A stretch of DNA of 64,000 nt, taken from the NCBI RefSeq assembly GCF_000150275.1, contig NW_002060944.1, positions 4,034,123 through 4,098,122 on the forward strand, written 5' to 3'. Positions 1 through 15,819 of this stretch are shown here, piece by piece; the first letter of the stretch is position 1; every line of letters begins with the position of its first letter. Source of the stretch: Trichoplax adhaerens. Taxonomy: Eukaryota > Animalia > Placozoa. A model generated the notes under the pieces. The model was not told the DNA's origin. It did no database searches and worked only from the letters and a program-made list of their open reading frames with translations. The translations under genes and the position numbers were made by a program.

Positions 1-3000
1 TGTGCTAGTGATGTTGAGCATGTTGATAGTGAAACACTTAGAAGAAGGCACGCACGTCGGACAAAATCAGTTGGTGATGACAATGTCAATGGCTCTGTTG
101 ACTCTATTATAGACGACATAATTGAAAGTTGTAAAACTGCATCTAAGAAACAAGATGCAAATATTAGTGGTAGAAAGAAAAATGAGGAACGTATCAACTT
201 TGTTGTCAGTGAATGCCCAAATGATGATAGAGAGAGCGTCAATAGTTCATGCGATGACTTTGGTCGCCGAAGCTCTCGACAGCTCGAGTCATGTACACCA
301 AGTAGCGGTAGAGATACCGATATGGAAGATGATGATACTTCACAATTTAGCCAAAGATCTCAAACAGAAATGTCGGAGGATGATGAATTACTTCGATCTG
401 TCTCTGATGGTGTTAGCAATGTTCTTGGTTTACAGGTTACTTTCAAGGATTTTAATAATTAATATACCTTTCTTGATTAATTTATACATTTGATTTGATC
501 GTTTGAAATATGCTATAGAGCCCCGCTCCACTGCAAGATCGCCTTGCCCTAGCTCAAATACCGGCGGGGACGATACTAACCAAAGAAGGAGATATTGTAT
601 GTTACATATTGTTTATAACTGTTATTATGATACACCTTCAGCATAGAACAGTTACTCTGAGTGATTTTATTAACTTGCAATCTTATTTTTAAATTAGAAT
701 TGTAGCTTGTATTATGTAGTAAGTGGTTCACTGCAAATTAGCCAAAGAGATGTCAACAAATCTTATGAGGTGCAATGATTAAAGCAATTAAATTCATATT
801 TCCTTTCTATGAGACTTTGAATTGCGTTCTAATTTATATCATGTACGTATGTTGGACTCGCTGCAATTAGTGTACCTTATTCCACGCGGTTCCTGGGGAA
901 CTAGTTGGAAGCCTGGAGATGTTGACCGGTGAACCATCTCTGTTTAGCATCCGCGCGCCACATGAGTGCAAAGTTATAATAATAACAAAGTCTAATTTTT
1001 TCAGGTCAATTTCTTAAAAATTAGATTTTTGTTAATGATACATATTTGAAAACAACAGTCTGCTTTGATCTTTCAGTCTGATGAAAGAAACTCCGTCGGT
1101 GGTATTGAATGTAGCACACTCTTTGGTAAGGAGGATGTCTCCATTTTCTCGTCAGGCAGACTTTGGAATTGATTGGATGTTTGTTGAAGCAGGACGTGCT
1201 CTATATAGGTCAAAAATTTATCCTATATCTTGGAAGCTCAAACTATCCTATATGTGACGGTAGAAATATTGTTGACAATTTTTTAATATGAATGACGTGA
1301 TTTAACAGACCAGGAGAACCTTCTGAAAATATCTACATTGTTGTAAGCGGACGGTTGCGTGAAGTTCTTACTGGAAAAGATGGTAAAAAGGAAATAATAG
1401 GCGAACACGGTCGTGGCGAACTTGTTGGTGTGGTAAGCAATACTAATTATCCCTTAACTCTTAATAGCCTCTACCTCTAATTGTATTTTTTGCATTATTT
1501 ATTTAATCTGGTAGGTAGAGGTTATGACCAAAAGTCAAAGAGCTACTACAGTTTTGGCTGTCAGGTGATTATCAAAGTAAGTGGATTTGTAATCTTAGAA
1601 AGTGACTGATTTTGATGTTCATTTTTATAGAGACACGGAAGTAGCCAAAATTCCATCTGGGCTACTTGAAACTATTAAGGTGAAATTTCCTCAAGTTGTC
1701 ACACGCTTAATACATTTGCTAGGAGAACGTTTGATTGGTAGTTATCAACAGCGTACCAATTTAGCAAGTGGGTTATCATCGACTCTATAGTTCGAAATAA
1801 TTCTGCACGAATTTATTTAATAAACTGAGTATCTTTACTTTCAGCTAAACCAATAGGTGAAAATCACGCAGTCACTAGCAATCTATCAGCAGTTGCTATA
1901 ATACCAACCGATACCACCGTTCCGCTTACAAATTTTACATTGGAGCTAGCGAGCGCCTTAAATACAATATGTAAATATTTTTGATTACTTTGATTTTGCA
2001 TTCAATTTGAGATTCGTTTGATAGATAGCGTTTAACAATAAGGATTTCTTTGGTATGCTGTTCATAGGTCCAACGTTATACCTTACTAGTTCTTTAATTA
2101 AACGAAAGTTAGGATCATCAATTCTCGATCGGTATGCCTTAAATTCATTTTTATATAATCCTATAATGCCATCTTCACAATTTAGTTCTATACCTATATA
2201 CGGTGTATAGTTCTATAAATCTACAATATAACATGCTAATATTATGACTATGTAATAGTTTTTACAGCTAATCGCAATTTTAATTTTGTAATCCGCTTTT
2301 GTAGGGCTAATGAATACAGGCTGACAAATTGGTTGGCACAACAAGAAGATGCTCACCGCATAGTATTGTATCAAGCTGATAGTTCCTTGACCAATTGGAC
2401 GAGACGTTGTGTAAGACAGGTTAGTTAGAATTAAAATTGCCACAAGTACCTCCTGAGTGGATATAAATTACATGTAATAACATTATGTGATACAACGATA
2501 TCATAGGCAGATACTATTCTAATCGTTGGGGTTGCTATGAAAGATCCCGCACCTGGGAAGGTATGTTGTAGAACTAAACATTGCTTTTTGTAAATTCCAG
2601 TAAAAAACGTTTTAAAGGCAGCATTATTTTGATATTTTTTTGTACACAGATTGAGAAGCAGCTGGAATCTCTTTCTATGAGAGCACAAAAGGAACTTATA
2701 TTATTACATAATTCAAGGCAATTACAACGGCCACGCAACACCGTGGAATGGATCAATGAACGTGGATGGTGTTCCGCTCACTATCATGTAAGACTCTTTA
2801 TCTGTTAGCTCCTTATAGGTTACTAATTGTGATACCTTTTTTGACCTTATATAAATTCAGATTCGTTGTCCACCAAGAATTTTCGGGAAGTTAATGACAT
2901 CTGATTTGGTGTGTACATTATTCTATGCAATTTTATACTTCAATTTTTTAATAAATGAGCCTAATTATCGTATATCCACTTCTTTAATCCTACAAAATAC

Positions 3001-5660
3001 TAACGCTCTCTTACTACACATATTAGAACAACAGATCTAGTTTTCAAACTCCAGTTCCTGATGTGTAGGGATACCAAATATTACATATTTCATATCTTAG
3101 CTAGTTCTACTAGGGACCGCTAAAATCTTTCATTTTAGTGGTCCCTGGTTTTAAGAACACTGACATCAAAGTGCAATTTTTGAAATTTTGTAATTTCTAT
3201 GTAATAGAAATTCCGATTTTGCTCGTTTGGCTCGTCATCTCAGTGGAACAGCAATCGGACTTGTGCTCTCAGGAGGTGGTGCAAGGTAATTCAATCACCA
3301 CTTTCGGTTAATAAAATTAGCAATAGTATACGGTTGTACGATTAAAGCAACTTTCTAATCATTTTTATTTATTTATATAAAGGGGACTTGCTCATTTAGG
3401 TCTTATTAAAGCAATGCGAGAATTTGGTAATTAACTGTAGCTTATTTCTTACATTTGCATTCCTTCTTATTCTTACTTAAAAATAATTTTTTTCTTCGCT
3501 ATACACGTAAGCACAAATAACGATGATTGTATTTACATATAGGAATCCCCATTGACATGGTTGGCGGAACCAGTATTGGAGCTTTAATGGGTGCATTGTA
3601 TTGCATTGATTCCGACCTAGACGACTACACAGCGAAAGCTAAACAATTTTCAGAAGTAATGTCTCCTTTATTCTATTTATCATAAATTCTTAACTAATAA
3701 ATCATATTTTATCTCTAGGAAATGTCATCGATTATACCGAAAGTCCTTGATCTAACTTATCCGGTAACCGCCACTTTTACAGGTAAGCTAAAGGCTTCAG
3801 AAATACTATTAGAAATCGATGGTATAATAACTGGAAAGTTGTAGCACAGCAAAAATAAAAATTAGCTTTTCGTTCATAATTGAAATAATATTATGCATCT
3901 AACAGGTAAAGCTTTCAATAGCGGTATTCAACGAGTCATCGGCGATGTCCAGATAGAGGTCAGAATACAGTTTTGATCATGGAAGATGATAGCATTTGTT
4001 TACTAACTTTATTGTATGTAGGACTTATGGATTCCTTACTTCACTGTAACTACCGATGTCACTGATTCTAAAATGCGGATTCATACTCAAGGTTTGACCG
4101 GAATGTGATGTTTTCTTTTCTTTACATTATCTAATGTTATGGATGTAAATAACATCAATATGATTGTAAGGTTCCTTATGGCGTTACGTCCGTTCAAGTA
4201 TGTCACTCTCTGGGTACTTACCTCCACTGTGTGATCCTACTGACGGTCACCTGCTGCTAGATGGAGGATATATCAACAATTTGCCAGGTATGAGTAAAAC
4301 TTAATCTTTTATTTACTGTTAATTTATATTTGAAATTGCTAATCGTAATAGTGATTATACACCTATTATTCATCATCATTAAAATCCCCTTTATTGAGGC
4401 ACACTCGCTAAAAAGATTTTCGAGCTGTGTAAAGGCTAGGGGTATATTTCTTGCTGGCAGTGTTCTATATGCAGTGTATATGTATATAGCAACATTATAG
4501 TTCTACAATATTACTCATTTGCTGTACTACAAATGATTTATGTCTACTTGAATTATAGCGGATATCATGAAGTCCATGGGCGCACAAACAATCATTGCTG
4601 TGGATGTTGGGGCTAATTCTGGACCAACGGACCTTGATAACTATGGAGATTATCTTTCGGGGTGGTGGCTTTTGTGGAAAAAAATTAATCCCTTTTCTGA
4701 ACCACCAAAAGTATAAACATTTGCGATTCGTTTAGAATGTTCATTTAGTGATTACTACTGTTAAAACGAAATATTGCATTTACATCATTTATCAGATACT
4801 AAATTTAGCCGAAATACAATCACGCCTAGCCTATGTATCATGCGAACGACAACTGGAAGAAATTCGAAACTGTTCTGCTTACCGATATTTAAAACCTCCA
4901 GTACAAAGGTAGGTGCATAAAATAATTCGATAGAAAATGTTTATCATGGTCTGAAATAGTTCATCTTATCGATTATTTAGATTTATAATTTCTACTCTGT
5001 TTATTTTACCAGATTTAAAACTCTACAGTTCAACAAATTTGATGAAATTGCGGTAATGAATAAAAATTAATTGAAACGATTGAAACTATATTGTATGTTC
5101 TTTCTATTTTAATGATGTATCATTTAATAATGAACTCTTTGAAATAGTACAGACATGTAAATATATTTATGTCATCGTATTGTTATCATTTATACTTTAC
5201 TCATCAGGAGGTAGGTTATGAATACGCGACAACAGTTTTTACTGGTTGGCAAGAAGGCAATCTGATGCCTAAAAGCATGCGATCTAAATATGATGATACT
5301 GATGGAACTACTACCCAGGTTGGGGAGGTAGGCTGTCAATATAACCGTCGTTATGGGCATGATTTGACTTTGATAAGTTGATTTTTGTACTACACGACAA
5401 GAAATATTACACATGACCTTTACTCTATTCGTAATAATATTGAACATTAGGAATCGTTTGGACGAACTGTTGATAGTCATAACTTTACGGATCTAGCTGA
5501 AATCGTTTCTCGCATACCACGGGTGGTACAAAATGAAGACGAAAAAGTAATAGATCATTACAAATTAAAAATAATATCGAAAGATCCAAGCCTGCCGAAA
5601 AATTTAAATAAGCTAAGCCTGAGAATGGTAATGGACTTTATTATTACTTCAACTGCATAG
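1..5660 (+). CDS. PNPLA7: Neuropathy target esterase / swiss cheese-type patatin-like phospholipase (PNPLA6/7 orthologue), 5'-partial, many exons
   Basis: Manually spliced GT-AG exons give cNMP-binding repeats ([14 protein letters not shown]; [32 protein letters not shown]). Patatin motifs: [11 protein letters not shown] (~3257-3285), GGTSIG nucleophile elbow (~3563-3580), [11 protein letters not shown] (~4255-4287), C-terminal [11 protein letters not shown] (~5484-5516). The 3' end is uncertain: read-through stop at 5660, or a spliced last exon at 7007-7045 (PIDSSPIEMDLY*). Co-orthologous to PNPLA6 and PNPLA7. Confidence 0.93.
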
Positions 5661-5884
5661 AATTACTTATTTAATTAGTAAAGAAATTTTATGATATTGT
5701 TCTACGTCAACTGGCTTGTTCCGATCTGTTATGAGCAGTTAGTACGTAGTAGTACGAGCATTTGTAGTACTATATTACTCGACGTTATTAAATCACATCA
5801 ATTTAAAAAGAATCTCAGATAAAATTAGTGACTGTAAACCAGCTTTATTTCATTATAATATGGCGAATCAATTGACTTGTCATG

Positions 5885-6585
5885 TCTATTCTGAACAGTT
5901 AGTAACGAGTGGTTTATTTAATATCGAGTAATAGTATTACTTATGTCATACTCTCTTTAGCAAGACTAAATTACTTACTAATTTGCTACTAATTTAGTCA
6001 GGATCTATTCTGAACAGTTAGTACCGAGTGATTTATTCAACGTAGAGTAGTTGCATTGCATACATCAAACCCTTTAGCAAGACTAAATTATTTACTGATT
6101 TGTTCTGATTTAAATCATAATCTATTCTGAATAGCTAGTAATGAGTGATTTTTTTAATTTAGAGTAGGAGTATTGCATATATCAAACCCTTTAGCAAGAC
6201 TAATTACTGACTAATTTGCTACTACTTTAATCATGATTTAATCTGAACAGTTAGTAACGAGTGATTTATTCAAAGTAGAATAGTAGTATTACATGTATCA
6301 AACCACTCATCGAGACTAAATGACTTACTGATTTACTACTAATTTAAATCATGATATATTCTGAATAGTTAGTAATTTATTCAATGTAGAGTAACAGTAT
6401 TGCATACGTATGTCCTACCCTTTGGCAAGATTAAATTATTTACTGATTTGCTATTAATATGAATCATGATCTATTCTGAACAGTTAACGATTTATTCAAT
6501 TTAGAGCAGTAGTGTTGCATACATATGTCTTACCCTTTAGCAAGACTAAATTAATTCGTTATTTGCTGATTTGCTTCTAATTTAA
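5885..6585. repeat. Diverged tandem repeat, ~117-bp unit x6
   Basis: Anchor TCTATTCTGAACAGTTAGTA-like recurs at ~5885, 6004, 6121, 6237, 6355 and 6470. Each unit also carries CCCTTTAGCAAGACTAAATTA-like sequence. Confidence 0.9.
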
Positions 6586-8337
6586 CTGTGATGTGCACAT
6601 ATCAATATAGAAAACGAAAACGAAAACAAAGAAGAAAAAGCTTCATAGGAGATAAATTTTCTTAAATGACTAAAAATAAATGTTTTACACGCAAATATTT
6701 TATGTTGATTAAATTATCGGGAATGTCCTAATTGAATGTTTTAGCCAATTGATTGAAAATTAAAGTAGCATTTCCAAATTTATTATTTGAATATTCATAC
6801 GGAAATTACGACTATATACCTTTATGCAATATTGTACATTGTTTATTTAGTAAAATGATGGATATGGCATGCTTTGGCTGTAGCAATCAAGCTTTAATAC
6901 TTACTTACGTGTTTGAGGTGGACTAATCTATTTCATGACGGATGATATCTGTTATGACTATCCGGCTTAAAATTGTTAATGTAATGTTACTTTTATTTTG
7001 CGCTAGCCCATTGATTCCAGCCCTATAGAGATGGATTTGTACTAATTCACTATATTCAATAACAGACCGAACTATCAGATTGTATGTCACTAATCAAATT
7101 GAAACTAACTTTTCTACACCACTTTTCTCTCTGTATTAATGCATGTCAATGCTTTGAAAGAATTTATTTTCTCGCTAGATCTCTATCGTGTCAATATAAA
7201 TAAAATAAATAAGCTACCCCTACCGATTCAGTGTCATGCTATTCTGGCTGTAGTGTAGATGTTTTTATTTGCAGTTTATCCATTCGTCCTTGCAGATAGA
7301 ACATCTAGTCGCAAGGTAGCATTGCGATCCACTGTGCAGATTCAATCGAAAGTCATTGTGCAATCCAATAATTTAATTACTTTGATTGTACAAATGAACT
7401 TTCTACAACAGCCAAGGAACCGCTAAGTTTATCGTATCGTATTAGGGTTAGGGTTAGATAACTTCAGAGACGATAAAAGTAATGATATAATAATGAGCTC
7501 ATTGCATTTTCCACTTCAATGCACTGCACCTATGTATATTATACAATATGTACTATGAGGTGTTTGCAGTAAATGATATTGTTGTAATGCGGAATGGATT
7601 AGAAGAGATTTTGATTTACAAAGTGATCCACCATATTAGCAGTACTCAGCACTAATACTATGCAACTAAAGCAAGTCTAGTGATCATACAAACGTTTTGG
7701 TCATGGTTATCGGATGGATTGTTCAAGAGATGATTTGCAAGCCAGTTGTTGAGCTTTAAGAGAGTTTTTAATTTTAATTTTATAGCATTGAAGATACAAA
7801 CAACACCAATGACATTGTCTAGAAGTCTGTTTCTAAGAAAAGGCAGCTTTTAAGTGGTCAATCCTCTTAAGATTTATTCTTATTAAACAGCAAATAGTAC
7901 AATTGATGATTAAGTACAAGAAGACGGCAATCCTAGCATAGAGTCAAGGCTATGATCATGTACCGTAAAAGTGCTCCATCATTTTTACTTCAAGTATTGG
8001 GTATTCAAGGTGGTTGAGCATAAATCAAGCAAAGGCTATGTTAATAGAATGGAATAGCAACAGAAAGGCTAAGACAGCTTATTCATATACTTCAATTAAC
8101 ATCCGATTGCAGTGTTCCATTAGTGTATTAATCTATCTTTGCCGAAAAGTAGCATTGCGAATAAACTAGCTTAAGATGTAGTTTGGTTACTAGACTATTT
8201 GGAAGGGGTTGGATAAATACCAAGTGGTTCGGTGAAGAGAGTCATCAAGGCTATTCGAATGACACTTTATCCATGCCAGGAAAGGCTATTGCTATTTATC
8301 CCTTGTCAGCATTGGCACAGGAATGATTGACTCCATA

Positions 8338-8838
8338 TTAATACTGTAAAAGAAACTCTAAGTTATATTTCTTGAGATGAGGTTCAGCAAAATGACGACC
8401 ATATTGAAATAGATCAAATCCTTGATGCCTCTTGACAGCCAAAGCAACCATGCCAATAATGGAGAATAATAACATTAATTGTAAAGCTTTGACTGTGCTC
8501 ATAAAACCTGGAATACGGTCTTCAACAGCTTTAATATAGCCATTGAAATAAGAACGACGACCATTGATATAGTAGATGCCAAGCAAGCCGCCCATGATAG
8601 GATGGAAAAAGAGCGAGCAAGTCCACAACACCACCAAAAAGATGCTAAAAAATTCCAAACTGTTTTGTTGCGCACGAGCATATCGTTCAAATTCTCCATT
8701 ACCTGTCATCTTAGGATAGTCGACCTTGAGTCGACGGCGTGCTCCACCAACACGGCCAGCAAAGGTGGTTAGTTGGTAAGCTCCAATCATGGAGACTGCG
8801 GAAGGAATGAGGATTGATTCCAAGGTGATGGCGGACAT
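8338..8838 (-). CDS. MGST2: MAPEG family microsomal glutathione S-transferase (MGST2/LTC4S-like), single coding exon, 166 aa
   Basis: The first ATG is at 8838 (MSAITLESILIPSAVS); the ORF track starts upstream at a GTG. MAPEG signature FERYARAQQNSLEFF, plus VGGARRRLKV and YYINGRRSYFNGY...DRIPGF, resemble MGST2. Four hydrophobic segments. Confidence 0.88.
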   Translation of the reverse strand: MSAITLESILIPSAVSMIGAYQLTTFAGRVGGARRRLKVDYPKMTGNGEFERYARAQQNSLEFFSIFLVVLWTCSLFFHPIMGGLLGIYYINGRRSYFNGYIKAVEDRIPGFMSTVKALQLMLLFSIIGMVALAVKRHQGFDLFQYGRHFAEPHLKKYNLEFLLQY

Positions 8839-9088
8839 GATGGATTTCTTGCTGCTTGGGCTGGGCGTTAATGTTGTTGTGTTGATGTCCACAACGTACT
8901 ACGCTAGGGTGACGTTAGTCGAACGTTTCCTATGCGACCGACGCCAGTGACGTTGAGTGCACAGATCTCGGGTACCGGTACGGTACCCAAACGGTATGCG
9001 CAGTAGGACAGCTCGTCGACTTCCACTCGTACAGTATGACGTTTGCAAACGGTGACGCCGTACAGCCATCCCGGACGGACCGATTTCT

Positions 9089-9098
9089 TGCTGAGTCA
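9089..9098 (-). promoter_or_regulatory. Antioxidant response element (CNC/Nrf2-small Maf site) TGACTCAGCA
   Basis: The plus strand reads TGCTGAGTCA, about 250 bp upstream of the MAPEG ATG, in a locally GC-rich promoter-like stretch. Confidence 0.55.
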
Positions 9099-11552
9099 GT
9101 ATAGTATCAATGGTATGCAACGTCACAAGCGATTTTGAGCGTGTTACGAGGGATGGATGGATGACCGGACTCTCAATGTCGACCAAAGCCCTATGCAGGA
9201 TTACCACTGTCATGGAGACTGGAGCTCGCATAGGGTTAGATAGTGGACAACTTTCCATCAATAAAAAGAAAGCCACCATCATGATACCTTGATCGATGGA
9301 TAATATACTCTCTCTCTCTGTGGTCAATCATGGAGTATGATGTAGAGTACAGTAGAAGAAATCCAGTAATAACGTGTCAAGAATATTCTTTTGCTCAGTG
9401 CACAACGATTGATTGTACTGTACTGTATACAGTAAGGGCCAGTTTCTGCCAGTCATCGACTACAAGCTCCAGCACCGCACTGCTATATGCAAGGGAAAAT
9501 TCGTTTGGCTCACGCTTGTGCAGTGAGTGATACTGTACTTTCAACCACTATATCATTGAAACAAAAAAAATTGGACTAATTTGCCCTAGGGGAAGGAAAT
9601 AGAGATTCATTTTTGCCCATTTGATCGATGATATTATCAATTCAACAACAACATTGAGCGAGGACCAACACAAGTCTAGTATAGAGTATGAATTTTCCTC
9701 TATCATCACTGTCATGATACGCAAAGCATTATCTGTGACTGGTATTCATCTAGTATTATAGCTCAAAATTACTGTACTGTAGTCCGTCGGTGGAGATAGT
9801 TCGATGGTCGATTTTCGACAGCTTTTTAGTGCTGCCATAGACCTCAAAGAAGGCATTTTTTAACGTCTATAATACTCTACTGTCTTAGAAGTTCCTGATA
9901 TGGCTAAGGTTATGGTTAAGATTTCATTTGATGCAGTAAATAAAGTCACTTCGGTAGTGCTGCTATGGCCTGCTAAAGTAAACTCTGATTAAGGCAAGGC
10001 AAGGCGCAAGTGGTGTTCTCCTTGGTGACAGAATGTCCGTCCATCTGAGTGATGAAACGATGGCCTGTTCCGTTGATCCTTCCGAGTTCCGGCTGTAGCT
10101 TGCAAGATCGTGATCAACAGGCAGCAATATCGCGCCTAGGCATTAAACTGGAGACAAGTTGTCAAGTGGAACTTTGGTGGCTATCATGGCATGGATATTA
10201 AGAATTAAAGCAAGGTAAAGCCATCATATTCTCTCTATACTATCAATCTACCATCGAGGAGGGAAAAAGGAACACAAGATAAAATTATTTTAAAATTGAA
10301 TTCCTTTTTTGACAATGTATGGTAGTCATATTAATTGAATTGGTAGATAGTTTACAGTGTCATGTTGATCCCCCCAAAATGGATCCGATTTCAGCTGTTG
10401 TGCATTCTAATTAATTCAAATCGGCCGAGTTCAACCAAGTCTAGACATGGATAGATTCGTAGTCGATATGGCTTAGCTCATGATAGACTGTAGGCATAGT
10501 ATCTACTAGAATAAGCACTACAAGAAGACTTAAAAATGACTCTTCTATGATGGCATTACTTACACTAGACATGGTAAAGATACAAGTAAAATAATCCATC
10601 GATTCATCAAACGATCAAATGCCCTAATATGAATGTTAGTTGGATTCTTGAATCAAGTAGACTTTGGGAGAAATTGCTACATCAAGTAGGAGATAATACT
10701 AATGGAATGAGATCATGCTTTATACACCTTTATTATGAACTTTTCCTCCTTAAATTAGAACAGTTGCAGTCTATCGTTGTTAGTCCAATTTGTCATCAAG
10801 TATTAGAAGTTTTTTGGCAGTTGATCATCCACATCTGGTTAAAATGATTGCATAACATCATGGCTCATCAATGCAATTTTCAAGTAGAATTACAGTTGGA
10901 CTAACCTACTCTTGCACTAGGCATTACACGTTTATTTTAATATCACTAATAGATACTTTTGGTCACTATTTTTCATGGCATGTTGTGACAATTTGAGAAA
11001 CAAAGGATTCATTTTATACTATTGACTATCGACTAGGACAATATTAACTAGATAACGGTATGACAACCATATACGTAGTTAGAAATATACATAAAACACT
11101 TCTCATGATCAGCACATCAAAACTTTCATACTGTATTTAAAATATAAACAGAGAACCGATTGCAAAGCCTAAATTGAACAAGTCCATTTCCCCTTAATAT
11201 TAACATTCTTATTCTTTATCTTGATGATGCAAAATCACAAACTACACTGCAAGAATTATAGTACTTGTTATTCACTTTATAACACTACATCAAGGCTTGA
11301 TTGATCCACAAGCCGAATAAATTGAGAATTATTTACTACGCCTACATGGAGTATTGATATTTCCCTAGTAGGCATGATCCAATCTTGATGCAATACCATT
11401 TTAACACCTGTATATGCTCTTCATTATCTTAATGATACAAACGATACTTTCATAATTACTTGTTACTAACCGATTCCAATTTGTATTTTGAATCATGTAT
11501 TAGATTTGAATAATCGTCTAAAATACCATACAGCGATGCACTGTAAATAGAA

Positions 11553-13829
<2,277 letters not shown>

Positions 13830-14699
13830 ACGCTAAGACGATGTAACTATATCAGATAGCTTTGTTCACTATTTAAGTTAAATTCAATATCGAAAGTAAT
13901 TGTATTATATTGTAAATATTGAGAAATATGTTATTTCTCTTACCATGCTAAAGACAAAACACTACTGATGCGCCGTGTTATTGCTTTTGTGTACTCTACG
14001 TGTAAATATCCGCCTATATACTCATATAAGCTCATGGATATTGAATGTTTCTAGTTCTATGCATTTGGACCAATCAGAATAATCACATGTCTCATTAGCT
14101 TAAAAACCTAAGTAGGTGGTATTATATTATCTACGCCGCAGACTTTTCAAAATTATCTTTCCATTCATATTGAAACAATTTCTAGAATCAACTTGTAAAA
14201 TTTGTCGTGATTACATTCATAATATGTATAAATATATATATATATACAGTGTATCATACGTACTTAAGGTACTTATCATTATTATACGTGTAAACATTCT
14301 ATTTTGCTGTACAATATTAATTGATGTAATTGATTTGAACTTTCAAGTTTAATGTAATTTTTTTATAGCTCTTTTAATTATTAAACTGCTACAATCGATG
14401 AATACTTTAATGTGTTATACGAATATCATTATTTCTGAAGGAAAGTTGACGTACAGCATTTCCGACTCCGCGTTGTTTATTGACGTGATAAAAATAAATT
14501 AAAAGCAGAAACGCGAGCGTTATCATGTAAAAATTTCAACGTTTTTTAGCATAGGCATTCCACTTAAAGCGTATGTATATTAATTAAAAATATCGTTTCT
14601 TGAGGCCTTGCAATTTTAACATTAGTTGATTTTAGAGACCCATAATATTATACTGTTTAAAGTATTACAGAAAGTAGTTTTAATGCAGTGGACTTATAT

Positions 14700-15190
14700 A
14701 GCATCATTTATTGTGCTAGTTTTGTTATTAAAGTTTATTAAAAATTCTATCTGCTCTCCAGGGATGTTTTAGGCTCAAGACCCAGTTTTGATAACTTTAT
14801 TACTGTGGTATCCCTTCTAATTTTAAAATTTTATTAACTGACGAGTTACTTTACTACGGATACTGTATCAGAAATACCATATCCTACATTACAAAGATAT
14901 ATAGATGAAAATATCTAAGAATGATTGAACTGAATAATTCCTCCCCGATTTAAGAATTTAATTTAAGGAATACAGAAGACCAAGTGCATTTGTTATAGTA
15001 CTAATTCCACTGTTATCTCTCAGTAATGCAGGAATCTTGACAGTATCAAACAATTAAAGATTGATAGTATTTCTAGTAATCTATGACAACATATGCAAAG
15101 TATCCGAATACAGCATACGCTCAAGATTTTTCACGTTACTGTCATGGTCAGTTTTTCGCTTTTTGATGACACGAAATACGCTACTGTAAA
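14700..15190 (-). pseudogene. Highly decayed paralogue of the N-terminal half of the HNH ORF at 17472-18677
   Basis: Minus-strand translation gives colinear fragments MLYSDTL, ISDTVSVVK* and ESR*NF, against MLYFPKL, TSDTVATVKD and ESRVDF in the intact ORF. DNA TTTACTACGGATACTGTATCAGAA (~14850) matches TTTACTGTCGCTACTGTATCAGAA (18331). Many stops and frameshifts; boundaries approximate. Confidence 0.5.
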
Positions 15191-15819
15191 TTTACTTTTA
15201 TTTACCTACTTTTCTTAAAATTAGTAAAATAAAATATTGCAATTGTCTTATTGAAGATAAATAATCTGGTAGGTAATAAAATAATTTTGATTAAACTTAA
15301 GCTAATTCGTAGATGCGATGTTTCATAAAAAGATAACCCTAAATTAGGCAAGAGTGCATAAACAAGAAGGGATCGCGCTAACAAATTACTGAATACGACT
15401 AGCACATATGAACGCATCTAACTTATTATACTCGTACTTAATTATTAGCCTTAAGACAACCGCTTTGCTGACTGTTTACCTTATTCTTCCTAGACTAAAT
15501 TCATCTTTGGAATCGCCACAGCTGGCGATTTACGCGTAAGTAACCGGACTCTTCTAACACATCTAATTGTATTGTATTTATTTCTTACGCTGCTCGTTTA
15601 CAACTTTTAGATCCATAGATTTATATCGCTACCTGTCAATGTCTATGTTTGAAGACAATATTACTCAGCTACAATCGAGTCCAAGGTGCCTACTTTACGT
15701 ACAGCAGTTGTAATACCAGCCATATATATAGTATATGAAATCATTTAATCTGTATAAGATATCTACTAGTATGTTGTAAATGCTAACCACCCAGACATTG
15801 CTAAATACAGTCAAACCCT

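Noticed and set aside
122-493. 123-aa ORF in the track
   Set aside because: Alternative frame of a PNPLA exon; the real frame starts at base 1.
7442-7457. TTAGGGTTAGGGTTAG telomere-like run
   Set aside because: Under three units; too short to call an interstitial telomeric site.
8899-9530. ORFs of 142, 60 and 66 aa
   Set aside because: They overlap the GC-rich promoter, have no recognisable motifs, and are expected by chance.
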